Below are positions 44,469 to 55,073 of a stretch of 64,000 bases of DNA, one piece after another. Position 1 is the first letter of the stretch. Each line of letters starts with the position of its first letter. The stretch is from positions 159,836,001 through 159,900,000 of the forward strand of contig CM097883.1 of assembly GCA_044892505.1 (NCBI GenBank). The letters are read 5' to 3'. The notes below the pieces were generated by a model that searched no databases, had not been told where the DNA came from, and saw nothing but the letters and a program-made list of their open reading frames with translations. The position numbers were made by a program, and so were the translations under genes. Origin of the DNA: Schmidtea nova. Taxonomy: Eukaryota.

Positions 44469-44753
44469 CGAGAACTATGCTCACTGCTGAGAACTATGCT
44501 CACTAACGAGAACTATGCTCAATGACGAGAACTATGCTCAATGACGAGAACTATGCTCAATGACGAGAACTATGCTCACTAACGAGAACTATGCTCACTG
44601 ACGAGAACTATGCTCACTAACGAGAACTATGCTCACTGACGAGAACTATGCTCACTGACGAGAACTATGCTCACTGACGAGAACTATGCTCACTGACGAG
44701 AACTATGCTCACTGACGAGAACTATGCTCACTGACGAGAACTATGCTCACTGG
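44469..44753. repeat. 19-bp tandem array, 15 copies, with degenerate copies to ~45090
   Basis: CGAGAACTATGCTCA(C/A)T(G/A)A x15 (285 bp). Confidence 0.97.
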
Positions 44754-45786
44754 CAAAACATGGTTGTTATGAGGGTTTTGCTTACTGATGGAAACTCTTT
44801 GCTCCGGGGACTATGTTCCCCGATGAGAACTATGCTCACTGATGGTGACTACAGGAATTATGTTTCCTGATGAGAACTAAGCTCACTACAATGACTATGT
44901 TTATTAATGAGAACTACGCTCACTGATGAGGACTATGTTCGCTGGTCTTGTGTTTATTACTGAGAACTCTGCTCACTACGAGATTTATATTTCTGGACGA
45001 GAACTATGCTCACTATGACGAGACCTACGCTCACTAGGATGTTATGTTTTATGACGAGACCTATGCTCACTATGAGACCTGTGCTCACGAACGAAAACTC
45101 GAAATATCATCTCTCAGTGGTTGCATGTGTTGCTTCGGGATGTTCCTCCCAGTGGTCACTTATGCTTCTTCGGAGAATCTATTGTCGCGTTTCGTTAAGT
45201 TCTATCTTTCAAGAACTATGGGCAAATCCTTTCTCTTTAGGACCCCTTTTATCATTTCCTTTCTTTCAAGGATTTCATTTACCCTCGAGTTTTCCTTTAC
45301 TCGGTTCATCTATTATACCCCTTTATTCTGTTATCTATTCATCGACTTCTCTAGTTGATTTTACCTTATGCGAGCTGATTACGTGCCTTTCATCATATAC
45401 TCCGTTTTGCTATTCATCTTACTCATTTCATTGCTTTCTCTCTCTCTTACTGATCAGTTTATCATCCTATTTTTTATAGTTTTTTCTGCGCGCGCCTAAC
45501 CTCATTGAGTTGTCCCTACCTTTCACCCCAAGCAAAATATATAAAAAGATCGCATTGGTCCACTGATGCACGATGTGGTGATCAGTCACATCACAAGAGC
45601 TTTCCAATATCCGCGATTGGATCCCTTTCTACACATCTCGGGTGAGTTGATCAGTTGGTTCCCCCCAATGGGTGCTTATCGGACTACTCGTGAGTAGCTC
45701 ATTATTACTTAGGTCATTTTTACCAAATCCTTATTAAACCCTCATAATTTCAATAACAACTGCACTTGCTCAAAACTTTATTTCTA

Positions 45787-46245
45787 TTACAAGTACACTG
45801 CTATTTTCTCGGATACGGGAAGGTTGCACATAGGACATCGTTCGTTTATTTTACAGTCATTACAGAATCGGAAATGCCCACATGGCAACAACATTATCTG
45901 TATCTTATTCATTTCACAGATATGACACGTCAGATATTGTCTCGTATGTTCTGTTGTTATTCTTATCCACTCATCGTGTTTTGTTGTTAACTGTTGTTCT
46001 AGCCTGTGGCACTCGATATTCATCTCAGGGTTGTTTAATCTTTCTCTATACCACTGATATCGTGTTGCTGTATCCACTGTGTTCTTATTCTCACTTAAGC
46101 TCATCATCCTTTCGGCTCTTTCTGTGTTGTTTGTCGGTTCGTGATATTCTCCTACCTCGAGTCGTTTTAACTTTCTCGTTATTGTCTCCACTGTCTCGTT
46201 GTTTGTTTCGAAAAACGTTTGCATTTCTTTTATTTTGTTCTCCAT
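45787..46245 (-). CDS. Cargo ORF, 152 aa, C-terminal IAP/Mdm2-type RING finger
   Basis: CHIC...PCGH..CNDC....CPMC ending in hydrophobic IAVYL*, the terminal RING arrangement of IAP-type E3 ligases. No BIR seen. Confidence 0.85.
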   Translation of the reverse strand: MENKIKEMQTFFETNNETVETITRKLKRLEVGEYHEPTNNTERAERMMSLSENKNTVDTATRYQWYRERLNNPEMNIECHRLEQQLTTKHDEWIRITTEHTRQYLTCHICEMNKIQIMLLPCGHFRFCNDCKINERCPMCNLPVSEKIAVYL

Positions 46246-46762
46246 CCCCTGAATGAATTCTCGTTAATTTTGTTATCGATTTTTATTTATTATTTATCAT
46301 TCCTATTCTATGGTAGCCCTACTGTTCGCTTTCTGTTGTTCTGTTTTACGTCGTTACTTGCGTATCCCCCCGTGTTCTTGAATGTCGCCCCGACATGATC
46401 ATTGCTAGTTGCTCACACTCATACCATTTTCATGCGCTCTTTTCATCATACTTTTACATCATGCATACTTCACTTTTCATACTGTCACTCCACATACTAT
46501 TCATCCTGCTTCATTCATCCTCATATTTACACATTCATACTTTCGTTCTCTTGCATACTTTTATCATGCTCATCATTCTCATTATTTTACACTCATACTT
46601 TTATTTATTATTTTTCAACCCGATTCATTCTTGCTTCAGGACCCTCAAACCCTCTATTATTTACTTTACTTTTCCTCGCTAAATTCGATTCCATCCCGGT
46701 TCATGCGCTCTAAAACTGTCCGCAGATATCGAATTCACTTTTTCCCACAAAGATCGATTTGA

Positions 46763-46780
46763 ATCCCGGCTGAGCCCCCA
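46763..46780 (-). promoter_or_regulatory. Primer binding site, tRNA-Pro-like
   Basis: Sense TGGGGGCTCAGCCGGGAT, 6 nt after the 5' LTR. Its complement ..ATCCCGGCTGAGCCCCCA resembles the tRNA-Pro 3' end (..TCCCGGACGAGCCCCCA in many animals). Confidence 0.75.
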
Positions 46781-46786
46781 AATTTA

Positions 46787-49700
46787 TGCTGGTGTGTTGG
46801 TTAGATTGACAACTGAGATCATTAGGATTTTATATGTTAGGGTGATCTCGCCAACATAAAAACATTCCCCCGCTGACACCCATGATGTATCCCTAACTAC
46901 TCATCATGTTGGTGCTGTGTCAACGTTGTGAAATGACAAGGCAGGTGAGCAACCTTTCGGCTACTATTCCCTTGTTTATTCACGGGTCCGCCACTACCGA
47001 TAGAAGGTGTCTGTGGCTTTCTTTCGGTCCCACTTATGCTCTTTTCTATTGTCCTAGGGTGATTTAATCTTAGCGCATCTGCAGTTTTTCATGAATCCGG
47101 GTTTTATTTATATTCAATTCTCAGACATTCCACACACAAACAAGACAAGTCAAATCATTCGTTTTATACATTTATTTATAGTTTAGCAATACAGAGGGAC
47201 GGATTACATTTAGTAGTTCTTGCTCGAATAGACCACTGAGCAAGTCTACCTCTATTCCTACGCGATCTGCATATGCGCGTCTCTCCCTGCGCTTTTTCGC
47301 TCCCAAGCGATTCCGTCTCTTTGTCCGTTTCGAGCCTTCCAGAATTATTGGGGATGTTGTGGTAGTTGTGATTGGGATGGTTTCTATTTCCGTTTGGGTA
47401 CTTGTTGTCCTCGATATTGTGTCCACCCACCGATTAAAGGTGCTAGCCCTGATCACTGGGCGTAATTGCTCGGTGATGAACTCCTGGGTTGATGCCCTCA
47501 AGTAATTCGACAGCTCCATCTTTAGTGCGGCGACCTCCCTAGCTTGCTCGTCGATTGTTCGTTCCGCCCTGTATCTGGCTTGTAAGATGGCTTTAACCCT
47601 CTCCGGATTAAACCATGTTGTCTTAATTCGCTGGTGCTCCTCATTCAGTTGTCTCAAGCGACTCTCGAGGACACGAGATCGTGCTCTATGTTCGTGTGAC
47701 TCTTGCTTGTAATTTCGATTTGGGATTTTCGTCCATATCTGAGTAATGTATCATTAACTAGGATATATATGCATTGTTTGGTTTCTCAGTCATCATTTTA
47801 TGGTTAAACAACTGCATTCCTATCCTTACTCATTCCTCATACATCCCAAATCAAAACAAAAACCCTTTTAAATGGATACATATATTTGCGATTCACAACA
47901 GATATTCGTTTATTGGGTGTTGTCCTCGTGATCAATTGTATGGTCGTAACTCTTGATTGGCCGGGTTCTCGTCTCGGCGAATCCCTGTTTCATGGTATAG
48001 TTCGGGGGCTGGATTCCAACTCAGTTTGTTTTGATAAATGAACACCTCCCAGAGGCGAAGGTCTTTGGGCTCGGGGTGTTGATCCACGGAAACACTGCCT
48101 GGGGCATTCGGGTAAACGAAGACTTCCCCAGTGTCACCACACCGAGGCCTGTCTAGCAGCAAATACCCGAGTTGGCCGAATGCCTGCCCGGTCATCATTC
48201 CGGTGCTTAGTACCCAGCGGGGTTGTCGTGTTTCATCTACAAATTGATAGAACCATCTCTTGTACCCATCTTTGGTGGGGTTCGGGGAGGGCGTCCAATC
48301 GACATCACCTTCCCACCTCAGCTGTAGTTGGAATGCACAGGCGGGAATACTTGCCGCGGTGCTCATATGGGTCCTTGTCCATCGACGCAGGTGTCTACGT
48401 GCGGAGTTGAAAATTTGGCGTGGGGCCTCCTTCTCTCCTTGGATTTCGGTAGGTACTTTTGGTGTGACGACGGAGCGGATGCGCCGTTTCCTCCGTAGAA
48501 TGTACTCCTCTAATTTGACGGTTAGGGGTTCTGTCGCATCCTTTACGAGATATTCTGTTTTCATTCTGTCCCTCTGAAATGGAATTTTAAGTTAACTGAC
48601 AGACTCTATCATCGACCATCGATATTTATGTCGATCAACCTACTTGGTTTATTGTTCTACTGGCCGTAGGCCTTAGTAGTTCGTACATAATTTACTAGAC
48701 TATTGGTCGCAGTGTTCAAGTAGGTGGTGAATTTACTTGGGTGAGTTGATACACTCCGCAATTTCAGTCGGTTTTAGCTATGCTCATTTAGGCTGATTAT
48801 TTACAATCAGATTTTTTGTTACATTAAATTTCTCATCGATCATTTTTATTCATCAAACCTGGTTCATTCACAGAGCATCATTAGCAACTATCAAGATTCA
48901 CGTCGCGGGAAAAATTTTTTGTAATCCCTTAGTCGACTACTGTGTCGAGAAACGCACTAATTTTTATCTACTATCGGGTCTGACTTTTCATGCCCTTTGT
49001 GGGTTATATGTGTATATCTAACAGCTCATTCGGTTCACTACTGTGCTTTGGTGCTAATGTCTTTTGACCGCGATGCTACGCTTTACCTACCTCAATTCTC
49101 GTTGATTTTTATGTACTAGCACTCCTTGAAGGTACACCCCTCGTCACGGTACCTCATGCATATATTTTCCCTTGCGAAATAAGCTTTACCTCGATTTTAT
49201 TTATGACCATTAACTATCACTCGATACCCTATCATCGTGATGTATAACGTTTATACTAGGTCATCTCTACCTTGATTTAGTTCCTGATCATTAGGTCTTA
49301 CTCGATACCCTATGTGCATTTAACCCCTTCCGCTTTCCAAATATTTAGTACACCTATAGTCCCGCCGCATCAGCACCTCACAACCGAAAGGTTGTGTTGC
49401 GCTGAGAGGCCCGAGAATCCGTCAGGCTGTTAGGCCTCCGGAAAACCTTATGGATTTTAATATGATTAACAATTATAATTATGAGGGTTTAAAGTAACAA
49501 TCCAACACACAACAATTACCTTTTATTTTTCCTTCAAGTTGATTTTACAATGTTCTCAGTGCTCAACTGCAAGATACACTTGGTAAAAATGACATTGTCA
49601 AATACTGATTTGACTTCAGTATTTATACTGAACCGGTGTTGTTGGTTAGCCAATCAGCATCGAGTATGTGTGTATGTTTGCTTCATTTTTCATGTTGTCG

Positions 49701-50028
49701 GCTTTTTGCTGCCTAACTTAACTTGCCGATTTGTTTGGTTAATCATGCGGTAAGTTTTTCTTAGTCATCAATTTATTTTATTTTATTTTTGTTTTAGGTC
49801 TTTGGTGACATCCGCCCACGCGCTGTCATATTCCAATTTTATCTGCTTCGCATGAGTGAGTTTTGAAGATTTTTTGTTGTTTTGATTTATATTTTATTTC
49901 TTTTAGATGTTGCCGCCTATTTTGTTACGCTTTGGTGTTGGTAATTTATTTTGTTGTTATTCTGTATTTAATTTATTTTATTGATTGTATATTATTTTCA
50001 GATGCTGCTCGATTTGGCTGGCCCAACA
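46787..50028 (-). repeat. 5' LTR of giant element (3242 bp)
   Basis: Direct repeat of 20647-23887. Contains ORF-A (47932-48564) and ORF-B with a +1 frameshift near 47720. Confidence 0.97.
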
Positions 50029-50871
50029 AGTGAATCACTAGAAACAAAGAATTTACCAGCCAAGTGTTTCTTCAAATTTCTAAATAAATAGAAATCACTT
50101 GGAGCTAGATCAGGACTTTAAGCAGGTTGTTCCAATGTTGAAAAGCCACATCGAACAATTTTCTCCGACACAAGTTTTGATGCATTAATTGAAGCATTGT
50201 CGTGAAGCAGCCACAAATTTGTGTTTTTCTTTTTTCGTCAAAGCTTCTGAGTTTGTTCAATGAGATTAGAATAATAAACACTGTTAATTTTAACTTGTCT
50301 ATCTGTGAAATCAATATTGATTATTCCATCACTCTCCCAAAAAATCGAGAGCATCAAATTTCGACGGTGAATGGTTCCAGATTTCAGCTTCTTTGTCGGA
50401 TTTTCATCTAGAAACTTCCATTCTGCTGAAGATCTTTTACTTTCTGGAATATAAAGACTTAGTGGTGTCTCGTCTTCCGTTATAATGTTTTTCAAAAATG
50501 ACTCACCATGTTCCTCGAACAGTGCAAGATTGTGTTCACAAATCATTAGCCTTTTTCACACAATTCAGCTGATAAAAAATGAGGAACAAACCTGCTGTAC
50601 AACTTCTGCACACCCATCTCTTTTATCATTTCATGACACTTACCGACACTGACATTGACCTCCTTCAGCAAATTTTTTACTGTAAAAATTTCGTTCGTCT
50701 TTAATTAACGATTCAATCTGATTTTTCACTAATCCAATAATAAATAGTTCTATCACATGGACAGTCTTCTTTATACGTCTCTTGGAGCATTGCTAATATC
50801 TCTAATCTTGAAGCCTCGCGCATTACAAAAAACTTAATCACCGACCGATATTCAATGCTTAAAATTGCCAT
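50029..50871 (-). pseudogene. Mariner transposase N-terminal and central part (decayed), target of the giant insertion
   Basis: MAILSIEYRSVIKFF..., ITEDET, SIFWESDG, LHDNA, SPDLAPSDFYLF; stops and frameshifts. TIRs not found. Confidence 0.88.
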
Positions 50872-51030
50872 ATTTTGAATGATTAAATATTTGCTCTAAA
50901 CAAATATTGGTTAAATAAAACAAAATTAAGATTTCTAACTTTTTATAAATTCTCTACAACGGAAACATAAAGTTATTATAATATCGAAAAAATGATGGCC
51001 TATTATTAATAAAAACACGAAATCGCCAAA

Positions 51031-51076
51031 CAATAGAAATATATTTCAAGGACATAGTCCTCATCATCAGTCTGCC
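51031..51076 (-). ncRNA. Minimal hammerhead-ribozyme-like motif in pLTR (copy 1)
   Basis: Sense GGCAGA-CTGATGA-T-GAGGAC TAT GTCCTT-GAAA-TATAT-T-TCTATT: core boxes, stem II, palindromic stem III, imperfect stem I. Confidence 0.65.
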
Positions 51077-51141
51077 ATCATAATCTAAATCAAATGTTAT
51101 ATACGGAAACAGTAATGACGTAATGGCTATGATTTAATGAG

Positions 51142-53610
51142 TTAATTAAATAATCTCATTAAATTCGTTGCTGATTGAATATTAATTGTATGGGATTGTG
51201 ATTTAATCACCAACGCCTCACATAATATTCTTTCCCATTTATTATTAAAGTTTTTTAATATAATTTTAAAATCTTTTAAATCAGTTTCTCCTATACACAT
51301 TTTTCTATGCTCAATAATATTACTCACACCTCTCAATCGGCTATGTTCCTGAACCCGTGTGCGGAGATGACGGGAAGTCTCTCCAATGTATGTGGCATTG
51401 CACCCATTACAAGAAAACTTATACACTAGATCAGAAACTAAACCTATTGGGGTTTGAGATTTATTACTAAACATATTTACTGATTTTAAAGACTTAGACA
51501 CTATGTTAAATATGTTAGAATTTCCTAAGGATTTCATTATAGAACACTTAAAATTTTTAAAACCTTCCGAATATGGAATTACTAAAACGCGCGTTTTTAA
51601 ATGTTCACTATCATTAGATGGACTACCATTTCCAATGCTTTCATCAGGCTCAATCAATAGCCGATCAATGGTTTCCTTAGTCAGTCTTTCTACAAAAGCC
51701 TTTGAATATCCATTTTTATTCAGAAGAGAAACAAGTTTATGTATACTTTTGTTAGATTTTTCAAAAGTAGAAGATAATGACCACGATCTAAAAATCAAAC
51801 CTTTAATCATATTTTTATTATATTTAAAATCACAAAAGCTATTAGCAGTAGTATATAGACCTGTATCAGTTGGCTTTCTATATACTTCTGTTTCAAAACC
51901 CTTAGATGTTCGTTCCACTAACAAATCTAAAAATGGAAGAAAAGCATTAACTTCTTCTTCCACCGTGAACTTAATATTGGAATGTAGCCCATTCATAAAA
52001 TTTAAAAAAGGAACAACATCATCAGCATTCGAAAATACTAAAAAAATATCATCAACGTAACGTTTATATATCTTAGGCTTAGAAAAAGGAAAATCAGAAA
52101 TCTTTTTCTCTAATTTTGAAAGAAAAATAGACGCAAGAGTTGGAGCTAAAGGTGATCCCATCGCCACTCCATCAACTTGCTGATACCATTTATCATCAAA
52201 AAGAAAAGCAACATTTGAGGTTGCAAATATCAACAATTCACAAAAAGCAATTACATCTAATGTCTGATCATCAACAATGTTCTCTTTCCACAACTCACAA
52301 CACAGATCAATCGTCTCACTTAATGGAACATTTGTAAATAAACTAGTTACATCGAAAGACACCATATAATCAGCAGGATCAATAACCTGTTTTGTTATAA
52401 ACTCAACAAATTCAAAAGAATCCCGACACTCATACTCTTTAAAGATCAAAGGTTTTAACAATGAGTCAAGAACCTTAGCAACCTTATACTGTGCTGAACC
52501 TACCATAGAAAGAACCGGGCGCATTGGAACATCTTTTTTATGAATTTTCGGCAGACCATATAATTTTGCAGGTTGGGACCCAACCGCATATATTTGTTTA
52601 CCAAAATCACAATCTAAATGTTTATCTTTTATCAGACGACAAACAAGTTTATTAAGAATTTCTTCATCTTTTTGGGGAGGAAATTTAACATTTTTACGTA
52701 AATTATCCATTTTAACAAATTGTGGACCTTCAATTATTTTATACAATTTGTTGAAATAATCCACTTCATTCATAACTACAAGTCCATTTCCTTTATCAAA
52801 CTTACAAACCTTCACCGGTTTTTTGGACAGTGTCTTTAAAACTGAAAAATCGCTATTATTTTGTAACTTATTTTTCCTAAGATACTCAACAGTACTTGAT
52901 TTTAAACTATATTTTAATTTATCTACGTTAAAAAATTTTCTATATGACGAATTTGTCAAAAAACCAAAATATGATTCAATCTTAGCCATAAACCGTTGGT
53001 CATTGATACGATGTCTAATACCATGTTTAGGTCCAAATTTCAAAATATTCATTTCTTCAGACTTAAGTTCTATATCACTAAGATTAACTACTGTATTCTC
53101 AACATTAAATTTAAATACACCAAACATCTTTCTTAATTTAATTAATTTTTTATTTTGGGAAGAAATCTTATCAATCAGCAATTTACGAGATAATCCAATA
53201 ATCATTTTTATACATAAACCAAAACAATCATCACCAATTACCTCATACAACATTAATCGGATCAATGATAACTGTGCTGCTATTTCTTTTCGTCGAATCT
53301 TCTCTACCTCAAGCGTCCGTCGAAGCACCTTCAAATGTAATTTACGAACATCACTATCTGAGAGGAATTCAGATAACTTTTTCTTGTAAATAAACGAAGG
53401 AACGATTCTATCTTCGAGGCATGTTTCCAAAAAACATATATCAAGTTCTTTTTTCCTTAAACACGAAAAAACTTTCAAATATTTTCTGACAAATGGCAAC
53501 GAATCTGGAAATTTTAAATCTAAATATCGAAAAAATGATGGCCTATTATTAATAAAAACACGAAATCGCCAAACAATAGAAATATATTTCAAGGACATAG
53601 TCCTCATCAT
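51142..53610 (-). CDS. Penelope RT plus GIY-YIG endonuclease, 822 aa
   Basis: LYGLPKIHK..PMRP, GVAMGSPLAP, RYVDDIF, LPFLD, VYRKPT; LVYKFSC..C.ATYIGETSRHLRTRVQEH. Confidence 0.96.
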   Translation of the reverse strand: MMRTMSLKYISIVWRFRVFINNRPSFFRYLDLKFPDSLPFVRKYLKVFSCLRKKELDICFLETCLEDRIVPSFIYKKKLSEFLSDSDVRKLHLKVLRRTLEVEKIRRKEIAAQLSLIRLMLYEVIGDDCFGLCIKMIIGLSRKLLIDKISSQNKKLIKLRKMFGVFKFNVENTVVNLSDIELKSEEMNILKFGPKHGIRHRINDQRFMAKIESYFGFLTNSSYRKFFNVDKLKYSLKSSTVEYLRKNKLQNNSDFSVLKTLSKKPVKVCKFDKGNGLVVMNEVDYFNKLYKIIEGPQFVKMDNLRKNVKFPPQKDEEILNKLVCRLIKDKHLDCDFGKQIYAVGSQPAKLYGLPKIHKKDVPMRPVLSMVGSAQYKVAKVLDSLLKPLIFKEYECRDSFEFVEFITKQVIDPADYMVSFDVTSLFTNVPLSETIDLCCELWKENIVDDQTLDVIAFCELLIFATSNVAFLFDDKWYQQVDGVAMGSPLAPTLASIFLSKLEKKISDFPFSKPKIYKRYVDDIFLVFSNADDVVPFLNFMNGLHSNIKFTVEEEVNAFLPFLDLLVERTSKGFETEVYRKPTDTGLYTTANSFCDFKYNKNMIKGLIFRSWSLSSTFEKSNKSIHKLVSLLNKNGYSKAFVERLTKETIDRLLIEPDESIGNGSPSNDSEHLKTRVLVIPYSEGFKNFKCSIMKSLGNSNIFNIVSKSLKSVNMFSNKSQTPIGLVSDLVYKFSCNGCNATYIGETSRHLRTRVQEHSRLRGVSNIIEHRKMCIGETDLKDFKIILKNFNNKWERILCEALVIKSQSHTINIQSATNLMRLFN

Positions 53611-53619
53611 CAGTCTGCC
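53574..53619 (-). ncRNA. Minimal hammerhead-ribozyme-like motif in pLTR (copy 2)
   Basis: Identical to copy 1; overlaps the annotated ORF start. Confidence 0.65.
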
Positions 53620-53684
53620 ATCATAATCTAAATCAAATGTTATATACGGAAACAGTAATGACGTAATGGCTATGATTTAATGAG

Positions 53685-54101
53685 TTAATTAAATAATCTC
53701 AATAAATTCGTTGCTGATTGAATATTAATTGTAGGGGATTGTGATTTAATCACCAACGCCTCACATAATATTCTTTCCCATTTATTATTAAAGTTTTTTA
53801 ATATAATTTTAAAATCTTTAAAATCAGTTTCTATTATACACATTTTTCTATGCTCAATAATATTACTCACACCTCTCGATCGGCTATGTTCCTGAACCCG
53901 TGTGCGGAGATGACGGGAAGTCTCTCCAATGTTTGTGGCATTGCACCCATTACAAGAAAACTTATACACTAGATCAGAAACTAAACCTATTGGGGTTTGA
54001 GATTTATTACTAAACATATTTACTGATTTTAAAGACTTAGACACTATGTTAAATATGTTAGAATTTCCTAAGGATTTCATTAAAGAACACTTAAAATTTT
54101 T
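53685..54101 (-). pseudogene. 5'-truncated duplicate of the Penelope GIY-YIG C-terminus
   Basis: Near-identical to 51142-51560 with a few substitutions (YIG to NIG). Confidence 0.9.
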
Positions 54102-55073
54102 AAATATATTTCTATTGTTTGGCGATTTCGTGTTTTTATTATAATATCTCTTATTTTTGATATCGAGTGCAGGTACTTCGTGAACCAACCACGTAGGTTG
54201 CAAATTAGTTAAGTCATGAGATGTCGTTGAGGGAAACTACTAGTCTAACTTCGAATGTATATGAATAATATTTTGGATAAAACGTTTGGATGCAGTGTGC
54301 TATATGTGAGGCATTGATGGATGAGAGGAAGTAAATTGTATGGATGTATGAATTTCCATGTGTGAGGTGAGATGTGGATGTAGATTGTTGGCTGCGGTAA
54401 GTGGATGGATTTGTGAATATCGATGTTGGGATGTGAAATTGTTTAGAATAAGGGATGTTAGATTTGTGAATGTATTGGTGATGTGAGATGGAGTGATTGC
54501 AAGTTGGTGTGTATACTTTTATAGATTTATTATGAATTTCCATTTTTGGTGATTGTTTGTTGGATAAGATAGGTAATTCAATGATGGATGAGATTGAATG
54601 AGTGCCTGTGTGAATTTTTAAAATTTCTAAAAATAATAATTCAATTTTTATAATTATGAATTTTTCAAATAACTAAATTAGAAATTTCGTGAATTATTAT
54701 AAAGTTTTTAATTTCTAATTTTCCTATATAAGTTAGGGAACATATAAATTTTAATTTTTACACAATTTATAAAATAATAAAATTCTAAATAAATTTTTAT
54801 ATATTAAAATCTGAATTCTAAAATAAATCAAAAATAAATCAAAATCAGCATAATATAAATTTTCCGGTAAGATTTTCAATATCCCATTCTTTCACATATA
54901 TCCGAGTAAACTCTGTAAAAATTTTATAATATTTATAAATTGATGGTAATTTTAGATTAGGAACTTTAATATCTTTATAATTTAAATTCAACTCTTCGTA
55001 TCATAGCCTTTTGATGGCAGGGTTTTTGAATTTTATTTCCGATCGTATGTGAATTGGTTGATAAAATATATAT

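Larger units (their letters stand above)
20647..50028 (-). mobile_element. Giant (29,382 bp) Ty3/Gypsy LTR retroelement with env and multiple accessory genes (Burro-like)
   Basis: 3.24-kb direct LTRs (TG...CA), 4-bp TSD AGTG (20643-20646 / 50029-50032), PBS next to the 5' LTR, PR-RT-RH-IN order, and an empty site that reconstitutes a mariner ORF. Confidence 0.98.
50980..54140 (-). mobile_element. Penelope-like retroelement in partial-tandem arrangement
   Basis: Full ORF flanked by a ~580-bp direct repeat (50980-51560 and 53523-54101), plus a short inverted pLTR piece at 54102-54140. Confidence 0.92.

Noticed and set aside
44780-45090. Hammerhead ribozymes suggested by several CTGATGA motifs
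   Set aside because: The motifs are variants of the 19-bp repeat unit; no properly placed stem II/GAAA.
54214-54600. LINE-like relic or His/Ser-rich ORF
   Set aside because: Compositionally similar to 13500-14290 but no diagnostic motif readable.
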